Shown in pieces: positions 18,533 through 28,065 of a stretch of DNA of 64,000 nt (position 1 is its first letter; every line of letters begins with the position of its first letter). The DNA lies in the NCBI GenBank assembly GCA_963766735.1, contig CAVYBU010000002.1, positions 128,001 to 192,000 of the forward strand. Direction: 5' to 3'. The stretch comes from an uncultured Chloroflexia bacterium. GTDB lineage: Bacteria; Chloroflexota; Limnocylindria; Limnocylindrales; CSP1-4. The position numbers were made by a program, and so were the translations under genes. Under the pieces are notes generated by a model, which was given only the letters and a program-made list of their open reading frames with translations, searched no databases and was not told the DNA's origin.

Positions 18533-19558
18533 ATGTCCGACCGTCCCGAGCCTGAGCCCGACGCCCGCATGCCGACGTCGCCTCAGCCGTCCACGTGGTT
18601 GTCCGCCCGCGGACCGCACGCGAGCGGTCCCCTCGACCCAACCTTCCCGGACGTGGCGGCGGCGCCTCCGCCGGATCCTGGGGTTGTCCCCGATGGATTC
18701 GTCGTGATCGGGGACGACGACGTGCGGCTCCACTTCCTGGACTGGGGCGGGCCGGCCGGCGTGGGTCCCGTGCTCCTGATCCCGGGGCTGCTCCAGCCGG
18801 CCTGGTCGTGGTCGCCGGTGGCGCGCCGGCTGTGTGGCGTGCGGCACTCGGTGGTGCTGGACCTGCGCGGGCACGGGCTCTCCGATGCCCCGATGGACGG
18901 CTACGACCTGGACTCGCTGGTGGCCGATGCGCTGGCCGTGGCCGAGGGCTCGGGTCTCCTGGACGTAGGGCCGCTGGTGATCGCGGGTCACGGGTTCGGG
19001 GCCATTGTCGCCGCGGCGGCCTCGGCGCGGCTTGGGGAGCGGTGCGCGGGACTGGTTCTCGTAGACGGCGGCTGGGAGCGCCTGGAGGCAACCACAGGGC
19101 TGGACGTGGACGAGTTCATGCGTGGACTCGACGAGCCACCGGAGGTCCTTCGGTCGATGGATGCGTTCCTGGGGGATCGGCGGGGATTCGATCCGTACAC
19201 GTGGGACGCGGACCAGGAGCGGGCGGCGCGGGACGCGGTGGTCGAGACGGCCGCCGGGCGCGTTGTCCGGGCGGTCCGGCCGCACGTGGTGGAGGCCATG
19301 GTCCGGACGATGTTCGCCTACGATCCGGCCGTCGTCCTGGCGGAGGTCGAGGCGCCGGTTGTCGCCCTGGTGGCGCTCGGAGCCGGGGACCCGTCTGCAA
19401 CCGGGGTCCGGCTCTCGGAGCTCCGGCGCGCGGCCGGGGCACGGGTGGCGGCAGGCAGGGGCGCCATCCGCATCGCGGGTTTCCCAGGCATCGGTCACAA
19501 CCTCATGCGCTATCGCCCGGCGGACGTGGCGGCGGCGGTCCTGGCGCCGGCCGGCTGA
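18533..19558 (+). CDS. Alpha/beta hydrolase fold protein with the nucleophile motif changed to GHGFG
   Basis: [33 protein letters not shown] and IGHNL motifs. Confidence 0.85.
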   Translation: MSDRPEPEPDARMPTSPQPSTWLSARGPHASGPLDPTFPDVAAAPPPDPGVVPDGFVVIGDDDVRLHFLDWGGPAGVGPVLLIPGLLQPAWSWSPVARRLCGVRHSVVLDLRGHGLSDAPMDGYDLDSLVADALAVAEGSGLLDVGPLVIAGHGFGAIVAAAASARLGERCAGLVLVDGGWERLEATTGLDVDEFMRGLDEPPEVLRSMDAFLGDRRGFDPYTWDADQERAARDAVVETAAGRVVRAVRPHVVEAMVRTMFAYDPAVVLAEVEAPVVALVALGAGDPSATGVRLSELRRAAGARVAAGRGAIRIAGFPGIGHNLMRYRPADVAAAVLAPAG

Positions 19559-19614
19559 TCCCCGTGCGGGCGGACGCCGATCGCGACGGCCCGCCGCGCT
19601 ACCATCGCCCGACC

Positions 19615-20295
19615 ATGACCGACCGCTCCGCACACCGCGACCTGCCCGATACCGTCCGCCGCATCGTGGACGAGATGGAGAATGACATGGGCGAGGACCC
19701 CGCCCCGCCGCGTTCCGGGTCGGCCACGAACGGCCGGATCGAGGCCGCCGTGCGCGAGATCCTGGTGGAGATTGGCGAGGATCCGGATCGCGACGGCCTG
19801 CTCAACACCCCTGACCGGATGCACCGGATGTACTTCGAGTTGACGGCGGGGTACCACGTGGACCCGGAGCGCCTGATCAATCACGCGATCTTCGAGGTCG
19901 GCTACTCGGAGATGGTGGTGGTCAAGGACATCCCGTTCTACTCGCTGTGCGAGCACCACCTGCTGCCGTTCTTCGGCAGCGCCCACGTGGCGTATGTCCC
20001 GGACGGGCGCGTGATCGGCCTGTCCAAGGTCCCCCGGATCGTGGAGATGTTCGCGCGCCGCCTCCAGGTGCAGGAGCGGATGACGCAGCAGGTCGCCGAC
20101 TTCCTGATGGAGCGGCTGGCGCCGAAGGGCGTGGGGGTGGTCATCGAGGCGACCCACCTGTGCGCTGCGATGCGCGGCGTGCGCAAGCCGGGCACGGTGA
20201 TGACGACGGCGGCGGTGCTGGGCCTGTTCCGGCGGAACGACAAGACGCGCGCGGAGTTCTTCGCGCACCTTGGGCGGCCTGCGCCCGAGGCCTGA
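19615..20295 (+). CDS. folE: GTP cyclohydrolase I
   Basis: [23 protein letters not shown] and HLCAAMRG motifs. Confidence 0.96.
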   Translation: MTDRSAHRDLPDTVRRIVDEMENDMGEDPAPPRSGSATNGRIEAAVREILVEIGEDPDRDGLLNTPDRMHRMYFELTAGYHVDPERLINHAIFEVGYSEMVVVKDIPFYSLCEHHLLPFFGSAHVAYVPDGRVIGLSKVPRIVEMFARRLQVQERMTQQVADFLMERLAPKGVGVVIEATHLCAAMRGVRKPGTVMTTAAVLGLFRRNDKTRAEFFAHLGRPAPEA

Positions 20296-20355
20296 TTCGC
20301 CCGGGTCAGCCGCCCGGTCGGATTGAAGCCGCCCGGTCAGCGGTCCGTTCGGATC

Positions 20356-21705
20356 TCAGCGGGCCTGCCGGATCGCCGCCGCGGCCGCGACCGCCGTCTG
20401 GATTGCCGTCTCCGTGTACCACGTCCCCAGGTAGTCACCCGCGAGATGGATGCGGCCGAGCGGCCGCGTGAGCGCCGCCTGCAGCCGGCTCCGCCCGACG
20501 CGCGGGTAGGGGAGGCCGCGCTCCCAGCGCTGGATGACGACCTCCGTGACCATCAGGCGCGACTCCGGGTAGAGGTCCCCGAGGTCCTCGCGGAAACGGT
20601 CGGCGATGGCCGCGTCGTCCAGGCCCGCGAGCCGCCGGGCAAACCCGGCCGCCGCGTACACCATGAGGCTCCCGCCCGGCTGACGTGGATGCCCCGCGGT
20701 CCGCAGGACGTTCGCCGTGTTGAACAGCATGCTGAACGAGCGCTTCGGGGTCGCGAGGGCGTACAGGTCGTCCCACGGCATGGCCGTGCGTTCGCGGGTG
20801 AGGAAGGCGCCGACGACGTAGGGGCCGTACGGGATCGCCTCGAGCGCCGCGGCCGTGTCGTCGGGCAGGTCGGCAACGATCTGGCGGGTCACGAAGGCCG
20901 GGGTCGCGACGACCGCCGCGGTGGCCCGTGCCTCGTGCTTCACGCCCCCCTCTGTCCAGGCGACCCGGACGCCGTCGCCCTCCGCTCGGACGGCAAAGAC
21001 CCGTGCGCCCAGCCGGGCACGATCGCCGATCCCGGCCGCAAGCGCGTCCGTGAACTGGCTCGAGCCACCGAGGATGTTTCGGGACAGGCCGGCCGAGCGG
21101 TTCCAGACGAGGTGGAAGTACCCGATGCCATACCCGGCCGCCAGCTCCTCGGGCTCGCCGGACGAGCGTGTCAGCGTCGAGCGGAAGAGGAGATCGACAT
21201 CCGCGGGAAGCTGGCCGGAGAAGTCCGTGAACGACCGGTCGTCCATGAACCGCAGCATCCGGAGCTGGCGCTCGGCCGGCTCCTCGCCGGGGATCGGTTC
21301 CGCGATCTCGGCGTAGCGCCTGACGGCGAGACGGAGGCGGATCCCGGCACGCACGAGCGCGACCCGGGCGCTCATGGACATCGGGAGGCGGAACGGGAAC
21401 GTCTCGACGCCGCCCGAGGCCACGGTCCTGCCGTTGAGGGAGACGGCCGCCAGTCGACCGGGAACCGGGACAGCGGTGACCCCGGCCTCGGACAGCAGCC
21501 GATCGGTGGTCGAGCCGGGCCCGCCGAACACATGGGCTCCGAAATTCAGCCAGACGTCGCCCCGGCGCTCCGACCGGATTCGCCCGCCGAGCCGGTCGCC
21601 CGCCTCGAGCAGGAGCACGTTCCGGTCTCGCAGCTCCCATGCCGCAGTGAGTCCGGCGATGCCGCCGCCCACCACCACGGCGTCGTAGCTCCCATTCCCG
21701 TCCAT
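20356..21705 (-). CDS. FAD-dependent oxidoreductase (amine oxidase/protoporphyrinogen oxidase family)
   Basis: [19 protein letters not shown] and HLAGDY motifs. Confidence 0.85.
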   Translation of the reverse strand: MDGNGSYDAVVVGGGIAGLTAAWELRDRNVLLLEAGDRLGGRIRSERRGDVWLNFGAHVFGGPGSTTDRLLSEAGVTAVPVPGRLAAVSLNGRTVASGGVETFPFRLPMSMSARVALVRAGIRLRLAVRRYAEIAEPIPGEEPAERQLRMLRFMDDRSFTDFSGQLPADVDLLFRSTLTRSSGEPEELAAGYGIGYFHLVWNRSAGLSRNILGGSSQFTDALAAGIGDRARLGARVFAVRAEGDGVRVAWTEGGVKHEARATAAVVATPAFVTRQIVADLPDDTAAALEAIPYGPYVVGAFLTRERTAMPWDDLYALATPKRSFSMLFNTANVLRTAGHPRQPGGSLMVYAAAGFARRLAGLDDAAIADRFREDLGDLYPESRLMVTEVVIQRWERGLPYPRVGRSRLQAALTRPLGRIHLAGDYLGTWYTETAIQTAVAAAAAIRQAR

Positions 21706-21778
21706 TGTGATCCCCTCCCTGGCGGGAGACGCGGCCCTTGTTCGCCCCCGTTCACTCGTTGAAGCCTACAATCCTGCC

Positions 21779-22183
21779 ATGACCGATCGACCGCTCAAGG
21801 TGCTGATCGCGAAGCCCGGCCTGGATGGCCACGACCGCGGCGCCAAGGTGCTCGCGCGTGGCCTCCGGGACGAAGGCTTCGAGGTCGTCTACACCGGCCT
21901 TCGCCAGACCCCCGAAATGATCGTGACGGCGGCGCTCCAGGAGGACGTGGACGTGGTGGGGCTGTCCATCCTGTCCGGCGCGCACATGACCCTGGTGCCC
22001 AGGGTCTGCACCCAGCTGCGGGAGCGTGACCTGGGCGATGTGCTCGTGACGGTGGGTGGGATCGTCCCGGACGAGGACGTCCCGGCGCTTCAGGACGCGG
22101 GCGTGGCCGCGGTCTTCGGGCCCGGCACCACCATCCGCGAGGTCGCCGACTTCATCCGCGCGAACGCGACGCCGCGCGACTAG
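21779..22183 (+). CDS. icmB: Cobalamin-binding small subunit of an acyl-CoA mutase
   Basis: [12 protein letters not shown] (DxHxxG), GLSILSGAH and VGG motifs. Confidence 0.92.
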   Translation: MTDRPLKVLIAKPGLDGHDRGAKVLARGLRDEGFEVVYTGLRQTPEMIVTAALQEDVDVVGLSILSGAHMTLVPRVCTQLRERDLGDVLVTVGGIVPDEDVPALQDAGVAAVFGPGTTIREVADFIRANATPRD

Positions 22184-22184
22184 C

Positions 22185-23267
22185 GTGGCCGACCTCGCAG
22201 GACCGGCGGCCGGCACCCTCGCCGGAACCGGCGGCAACCCGGTCGGTGCCCTCGCCGGATCGAGTGCAGGCACCTCTGCCGAGCGTGCACAGGTCCTCTC
22301 GGACGCGGCGCGGGCCGGTGACCGGCGCGCCCTCGCCCGGCTCCTGACCGCGGTCGAGAATCACACGGCCGTCGCCGAGCATGCGCTCCGGCGCCTCTAC
22401 CCGCTGGCGGGAGGCGCTCACCTGGTCGGGATCACGGGGCCGCCGGGCGCGGGCAAGTCGACGCTCGTCGCCGCCCTGATCGCGGAGCTGCGCGCGGCCG
22501 GACGGACCGTGGCCGTCGTGGCCGTGGATCCGTCATCACCCATCACCGGCGGCGCCCTCCTCGGCGACCGGGTCCGGATGCAGTCCTACGCCGCCGACGA
22601 CGGGGTCTTCATCCGGTCGATGGCCTCGCGAGGACACGCGGGCGGGCTCGCGGCCACGTCCACCTCTGCCGCGGCGGTGTTCGACGCTGCCGGCTTCGAC
22701 ATCGTGCTGCTGGAGACAGTGGGCACCGGCCAGAGCGAGGTCGAGGTGGCTGCCGCGGCCGACACGACCGTCGTGCTGGAGGCGCCCGAGATGGGCGACG
22801 AAGTCCAGGCGATCAAGGCTGGGCTGCTCGAGGTCGCGGACCTTGTCGTCGTCAACAAGGGCGATCGGCCGGGAGCCCAGCGGACGGCCGCCCAGCTGCG
22901 CGCGATGCTCGTGCCGTCCGTGGCTCGCGAGGACCAGGCCGGCGGCGACGCGTACCGCCCGCTCCCCAAGCACCCGGAGGTCCTCGTCACAACGGCGTCC
23001 ACCGGCGAGGGCGTGCCGGAGCTGCTCACGGCCCTGGATCGGCACCGTGCGACCCTGGCCGGCGGCGCGACCCCCGCAGCCCGCCGGGCCCGGGCCGCGG
23101 CGCAGGTCCGCTCGGTGCTGGTGGAGCGTCTCTGGGAGCGGCTCAGAGCGCCCGGAGCCACGGCGGCCACCGACGCGGCGATCGACGCAGTCGCCGCCCA
23201 CGAGCTCGATCCCTACGCCGCGGCCGACCGCCTCCTGGCCGCGCTGAGCCATGAGGAGCCGTCATGA
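22185..23267 (+). CDS. meaB: MeaB/ArgK GTPase chaperone of B12 mutases
   Basis: GITGPPGAGKST, VDPSS...LGDRVRM, ETVGTGQSE and NKGD motifs. Confidence 0.95.
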   Translation: MADLAGPAAGTLAGTGGNPVGALAGSSAGTSAERAQVLSDAARAGDRRALARLLTAVENHTAVAEHALRRLYPLAGGAHLVGITGPPGAGKSTLVAALIAELRAAGRTVAVVAVDPSSPITGGALLGDRVRMQSYAADDGVFIRSMASRGHAGGLAATSTSAAAVFDAAGFDIVLLETVGTGQSEVEVAAAADTTVVLEAPEMGDEVQAIKAGLLEVADLVVVNKGDRPGAQRTAAQLRAMLVPSVAREDQAGGDAYRPLPKHPEVLVTTASTGEGVPELLTALDRHRATLAGGATPAARRARAAAQVRSVLVERLWERLRAPGATAATDAAIDAVAAHELDPYAAADRLLAALSHEEPS

Positions 23268-24124
23268 CAATCGAGCGCGTGTTCGTCGCCGGGGCCGGCC
23301 TCATGGGCCACGGCATCGCCCAGGTCCATGCGGCCATCGGCAAGCGGGTGACGCTCTACGAGCCCGATCTCGCGCGCGCCGTCGCCGGTCGAGACCGGAT
23401 CGCGGGCAACCTGGACCGTGCGGTGGCGAAGGCCAGGATCACGCCGGAGGCACGCGAGGCCGTCCTGGTCCGCATCCTCCCGACCGACGACCTGGCCGCC
23501 GCGGCCGATGCCGACCTGGTGGTCGAGGCGGTCTTCGAGGACCTCGCGGTCAAGTCCAGCCTGTGGACGGCGCTCGACGCGATCTCCCCTGCGCACGCCG
23601 TGTTCGCGTCCAACACCTCGTCCATCTCGATCGACATGCTCGCCGCGTCGGTGGGGGAGGCCCGACGCGGCCGCTTCGTCGGGATGCACTTCTTCAGTCC
23701 CGTGCCCGTGATGCCGCTGATCGAGCTGATCCGCGGCTCCGGAACCTCCGATGAGACGGAAGCGGACATCCGGGCGCTGGCCGGTGAGCTGGGCAAGCAG
23801 GTGATCGTGTCCGCGGATCGGCCCGGGTTCATCGTCAACCGAATCCTGATGCCGCTCCTCGCGGAGGCGATGCGAGCCTACGAAGAGGGTCTGGGCACGG
23901 CCGAGGACATCGACACCGGTGCGAAGGTCGGCCTCAACCACCCGATGGGGCCGCTCGAGCTGGCCGACTTCATCGGCCTGGACGTCTGTCTGGGCGTGAT
24001 GCGCGTGCTCGAAGAGGGGATCGGAGGCCCGCAGTTCGCCCCGCCCAAGGTGCTGATCGACCTTGTCACAGCCGGTCATCTGGGCCAGAAGACGGGCCGG
24101 GGCTTCCACGTCTACCCGCGCTGA
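23264..24124 (+). CDS. hbd: 3-hydroxybutyryl-CoA (3-hydroxyacyl-CoA) dehydrogenase
   Basis: GAGLMGHGIA, SNTSS, GMHFF, PGFIVNR and HPMGP motifs. Confidence 0.92.
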   Translation: MTIERVFVAGAGLMGHGIAQVHAAIGKRVTLYEPDLARAVAGRDRIAGNLDRAVAKARITPEAREAVLVRILPTDDLAAAADADLVVEAVFEDLAVKSSLWTALDAISPAHAVFASNTSSISIDMLAASVGEARRGRFVGMHFFSPVPVMPLIELIRGSGTSDETEADIRALAGELGKQVIVSADRPGFIVNRILMPLLAEAMRAYEEGLGTAEDIDTGAKVGLNHPMGPLELADFIGLDVCLGVMRVLEEGIGGPQFAPPKVLIDLVTAGHLGQKTGRGFHVYPR

Positions 24125-24139
24125 GGTGCAGGCGAGGTC

Positions 24140-24185
24140 TTGACAGCGTAGAGTTCATGACATAAACTACTTCATGCCATGAACA
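24140..24185 (+). promoter_or_regulatory. Canonical sigma-70 promoter with two tandem palindromic operators
   Basis: TTGACA(24140)-17 nt-TAAACT(24163). Palindromes AGTTCATG-a-CATAAACT and TTCATG-c-CATGAA, the second overlapping the start codon. Confidence 0.7.
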
Positions 24186-24775
24186 CGCTCAGTTCGAAGC
24201 TTCCACCCGAGTCCCTCGAGTCACGGCTGTTTCGTACGTTCTGGGACGACGGCCTGCTCGACACCTTGTTCGGCGTCGGCGCGATCGGCGTCGCCGTCTG
24301 CTGGGCCGCCGGCCTGATCCCGCTCGGCGCCATCGTGCCGGCCCTCCTCGCCGTCGCCTGGAACCCGTTGCGGAGGAGGATCATCGAGCCACGCACTGGC
24401 TGGGTCGAGTTCAGCCGGGCGCGGACCGAGACCAACCGCCGCAGGCTGATCGGCGCGCTCTGGCTTGGTGTCGCCGTCCTGGCGCTGGTGCTGATCGCGG
24501 GCACGCGATCCGGCGGACCGTTGTTCCCGGATGACCTCGCGGCCGCCATTCCCAGCGTCCTGATCGGCGTCATGGCGGTCCTGGTCGCGGCGGGGTTGCG
24601 CGCGATTCGCTTCCTCGCGTACGCGCTGCTGTTCGTCGTGTTCGGCCTCGCGACGGCCCTTCTCGAGGGAGAGCCCGAGGTTGCGATGCTGGCCGGCGGC
24701 GGAGCGGTCGCCCTCTCGGGCGTCTGGCTCCTCGCGCGCTTCTTCCGTGCGACGGTTCCCGTTGACGAGCGCTGA
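24179..24775 (+). CDS. Hypothetical membrane protein (about 6 TM)
   Basis: FWDDGLLD...IIEPRTGWVEF plus hydrophobic helices. Sits behind a clear promoter. Confidence 0.75.
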   Translation: MNTLSSKLPPESLESRLFRTFWDDGLLDTLFGVGAIGVAVCWAAGLIPLGAIVPALLAVAWNPLRRRIIEPRTGWVEFSRARTETNRRRLIGALWLGVAVLALVLIAGTRSGGPLFPDDLAAAIPSVLIGVMAVLVAAGLRAIRFLAYALLFVVFGLATALLEGEPEVAMLAGGGAVALSGVWLLARFFRATVPVDER

Positions 24776-24800
24776 GGCACGGCGCGGCCGGCCAGCGGTC

Positions 24801-25091
24801 GTGCCCGAGATCGACACCTTCATCCACGAGCCGGCGCGGCTCCGGCTGCTGGTGTTCCTAGTGATGCTCGAACGCGCCGACTTCGTCTACCTGATCACGC
24901 ACAGCGGGCTCAGCCGGGGCAACCTGTCCGTCCAGATGAGCAAGCTCGCCGAGGCGGGCTACGTGGCGATCGACAAGAGCTTCGCGAACAACCGGCCGCA
25001 CACCCTGTATCGGCTGACCGACGCTGGGCGCGAGGCGCTGCGGGCCTATCGCCGGGACATGGCGACGATCCTGAGCGCGCTCCCGGGCTGA
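24801..25091 (+). CDS. Winged-helix transcriptional regulator (HTH_34/ArsR-like); start may be TTG 24762
   Basis: IDTFIHEPARLRL...LSRGNLS...LAEAGYV...YRLTDAGREAL. Confidence 0.88.
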   Translation: MPEIDTFIHEPARLRLLVFLVMLERADFVYLITHSGLSRGNLSVQMSKLAEAGYVAIDKSFANNRPHTLYRLTDAGREALRAYRRDMATILSALPG

Positions 25092-25114
25092 CCGCCCCGG
25101 TGTAGATTGCGGGC

Positions 25115-26350
25115 ATGGAACAGTCGAGCGGACCCAACGGCAACGTCTATCTCGTCAGCGCCGCGCGCACCCCGATCGGAAAGTTCGGCGGCGCGCTCGC
25201 CGGCGTCCCCGCCACCGAGCTCGGCGCCACGGCGATTCGCGCCGCTGTCGATCGGTCGGGCCTGGCCGGCAACGCGCCCTTGGACGAGGTCATCATGGGT
25301 CAGGTCCTCGGCGCCGGGTCCGGGCAGGCGCCCGCCCGCCAGGCGCTGCTGCGGGCCGGCCTCGCGGACACCACCCCCGCCACCACGATCAACCGCGTCT
25401 GCGGATCGGGCCTGAAGGCGATCATGTTCGCTGCGGCCGGCATCCGCGCGGGTGACGGCGACCTGTACGTCGCGGGCGGCATGGAGTCCATGAACCAGGC
25501 GCCGTTCCTGCTCCGCAAGGCGCGGTTCGGGTACCGGCTGGGGCAGGGCGCCCTGGACGATTCGGCGGTCCTGGACGGGCTCTGGTGCGCGGTCGAGGAC
25601 TGTCACATGGGTACCCACGCCGAGCGGGTCGCGATCAAGTCGGGCGTGAACCGGGAGGACCAGGACGCGTTCGCTCTCGGGAGCCACCAGAAGGCAGTTG
25701 CCGCGCAGGACCAAGGCCGGTTCGACGCCGAAATGGCCCCGGTGACGATCCGCGACGCGAAGGGGCGCGAGACGGTGATCTCCGTGGACGAGGGCCCGCG
25801 GCGCGATTCGACCGCCGAGGCACTGGCCCGCCTTGCGCCGGTCTTCGACCTGCCGACGGGAGAAGATCGCGGGAGCGCCACCATCGGGACCGTGACCGCC
25901 GGCAACGCCCCTGGCATCACGGACGGGGCCGCGGCCGTGGTCGTGGCTTCTGAGCGAGCCGTGGAGCGGCACGGGCTGGCGCCCCTTGCCCGGGTGGTCG
26001 GCTACGCGCAGGCCGAGGTGACGCCGAAGTGGCTGTTCCTTGCACCTGTCGCGGGCGTCCGGGCGCTCGAGGCGAAGACGGGACTGGCCGTGGACGACTA
26101 CGACCTGATCGAGGTCAACGAGGCGTTCGCGGCGCAGGTCCTGGCGGACGGGCGAGAGCTTGGCTTCGACTGGTCGAAGGTGAACGTCAACGGTGGCGCG
26201 ATCGCGCTCGGGCACCCGATCGGGGCGAGCGGTGCGCGGATCGTGGCCACGCTGCTCCACGAGCTGGGGCGGCGCGGCGGGCGGTACGGGCTGGCCACGC
26301 TCTGCCTGGGCGGCGGCGGCTCCGTCGCCATGGCGCTCGAACGGGTCTGA
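25115..26350 (+). CDS. Acetyl-CoA C-acetyltransferase (thiolase)
   Basis: [27 protein letters not shown] and LCLGGG motifs. Confidence 0.95.
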   Translation: MEQSSGPNGNVYLVSAARTPIGKFGGALAGVPATELGATAIRAAVDRSGLAGNAPLDEVIMGQVLGAGSGQAPARQALLRAGLADTTPATTINRVCGSGLKAIMFAAAGIRAGDGDLYVAGGMESMNQAPFLLRKARFGYRLGQGALDDSAVLDGLWCAVEDCHMGTHAERVAIKSGVNREDQDAFALGSHQKAVAAQDQGRFDAEMAPVTIRDAKGRETVISVDEGPRRDSTAEALARLAPVFDLPTGEDRGSATIGTVTAGNAPGITDGAAAVVVASERAVERHGLAPLARVVGYAQAEVTPKWLFLAPVAGVRALEAKTGLAVDDYDLIEVNEAFAAQVLADGRELGFDWSKVNVNGGAIALGHPIGASGARIVATLLHELGRRGGRYGLATLCLGGGGSVAMALERV

Positions 26351-26462
26351 CGGCCACGGCCAGCGCCGACCCCTGCCGCCACCCGCCGGGCTCAACACGC
26401 GGAGGTCGATCGAACATGGCGCCGCGTCCCGGCGCGAACTTGCGCTATCCTTCCGCCGGTCC

Positions 26463-26537
26463 GGGCCGGTAGCTCAACGGTAGAGCAAGTGACTCTTAAT
26501 CACTAGGTTCAGGGTTCGAATCCCTGCCGGCTCACCA
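26463..26537 (+). tRNA. tRNA-Lys(CTT)
   Basis: Acceptor stem GGGCCGG/CCGGCTC, anticodon arm AGTGA-CTCTTAA-TCACT, T-loop GGTTCGAATCC, encoded CCA end. Confidence 0.96.
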
Positions 26538-26852
26538 TTCCTGGACCCTCTCCGCCTGTGCAGCCGACCCTGGCGCCCCTGCGCCCGATGGCGGCTTGGC
26601 ACCGGATCGCCACCATCCGCCGCAGCACCGGGCATGACCACGCATGGGTCCGCCATGCCGTCAGGCAGGGCCGTTGGCCTCCATCCGGGCCCGATCGAGG
26701 GGCCCTTCGCCACCCTCTGCGGCGACCTCTGGTAGGGGTGGAGTCGACCCGCGTCGGCGATCATTGGTACCGGCGTCCCCTTGATCGCGTCGCAGCCGGC
26801 GCGGGCAACGCGTGTGCCTGCACCCTGCGCCGTAGCGCTATAGAGGGTCGCG

Positions 26853-28064
26853 ATGGGCGAGGACGGTCTGTACGCCGCACTGGTGCGGCGCGGGATGTCC
26901 CGCCGGTCGTTCCTCCAGTTCTCGACGGCGATGGCTGCCGCCCTTGCGCTCCCGGCCACCTACGCGCCGCGAATCACCGCGGCCCTCACCGTCGCGCCGC
27001 GCCTGCCCGTCATCTGGATCCGCGGCCAGGGCTGCGGTGGCAACACGGAGGCCTTCATGCGGGCCGCCGACCCGTCCGTGGCCACGCTGCTGCTCGAGAC
27101 GCTGTCGATGGAGTACCACGAGGCGTTCCTGGCCTCCGCGGGCGACTCGAGGGACCTGATCCTCGCCGACGCCATGGACCGCTACCCGAACGGGTACCTC
27201 GCGGTTGTCGAGGGTGCCGTGCCCACCGGCGCCGGCGGTGCCTACTGCCTGGTGGGCGGACGCCCCGTGGGAGACGTCGTGCGCGAGGTCAGCGACGGCG
27301 CCCTGGCCACGCTGGCCGTCGGCTCCTGTGCGTTTGATGGCGGCGCCGCGGGGGCCAGCGGGGGCCAGACCGGGGCCGAAGGCATCCGGTCGCTGGTCGG
27401 CAACGGGCAGCTGATCACCTTGCCGGGTTGCCCCCTCAACGTGGAGAACCTCGTCGCGACGATCGTCCACTACCTCACGTTCGGCGAGCTGCCGCCGGCG
27501 GATCCGATGGGCCGGCCCCTCTTCGCCTACGGGCCCCTCGTTCACAACAAGTGCGAGCGCCGGCCGTTCTTCGAGTTCGGCGAGTTCGCGCTCGCGTGGG
27601 GCGACGAGGGGGCCCAGAAGGGCTGGTGCCTGTACAAGCTCGGCTGCAAGGGCCCAGAGACGATGGCCAACTGCCCGACCGTCAAGTACGGCGACGGGGT
27701 CAGCTGGAACGTCCGGGCCGGCCACGGCTGCGTAGGCTGCACGATGCCGGACTTCTGGGATGCGATGGGACCCGCCTACGACCGGCTCCCGCCGGTGATC
27801 CCGTTCCTGCCCAACATCACGGCCGACCAGATCGGTGTGGCCATGGTCGCGGGTGTCGGGGCGGTTGCCGCGGCGCACGCGGTGGGCATGGGCGTCCGCT
27901 ACAAGCGTCGCGCGGTCCTCGAGAGCCGGGCGGCCGCCGCCCAGGCGGCCGAGGGAGCCGGCGAAGCTCGTGCCGATGACGCCGGAGCCGCCGGTGCCGG
28001 AGACATGGCCAACGCCGGCGTCGAAGACACGGCCAGCGGCGGCGCAGACCCGGAGGCGCGCTGA
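26853..28064 (+). CDS. hyaA: Group 1 [NiFe]-hydrogenase small subunit with Tat signal and C-terminal anchor
   Basis: MSRRSFLQF Tat motif; GCGGNTE, GSCA, PGCP, HNKCER, WCLYKLGCKGP and GHGCVGC motifs; C-terminal TM helix ending in AAH. Confidence 0.92.
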   Translation: MGEDGLYAALVRRGMSRRSFLQFSTAMAAALALPATYAPRITAALTVAPRLPVIWIRGQGCGGNTEAFMRAADPSVATLLLETLSMEYHEAFLASAGDSRDLILADAMDRYPNGYLAVVEGAVPTGAGGAYCLVGGRPVGDVVREVSDGALATLAVGSCAFDGGAAGASGGQTGAEGIRSLVGNGQLITLPGCPLNVENLVATIVHYLTFGELPPADPMGRPLFAYGPLVHNKCERRPFFEFGEFALAWGDEGAQKGWCLYKLGCKGPETMANCPTVKYGDGVSWNVRAGHGCVGCTMPDFWDAMGPAYDRLPPVIPFLPNITADQIGVAMVAGVGAVAAAHAVGMGVRYKRRAVLESRAAAAQAAEGAGEARADDAGAAGAGDMANAGVEDTASGGADPEAR

Positions 28065-28065
28065 C

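Noticed and set aside
26780-26795. TTGATCGCGTCGCA as an FNR/CRP site before the hydrogenase operon
   Set aside because: Half-site spacing and the second half do not fit the consensus.
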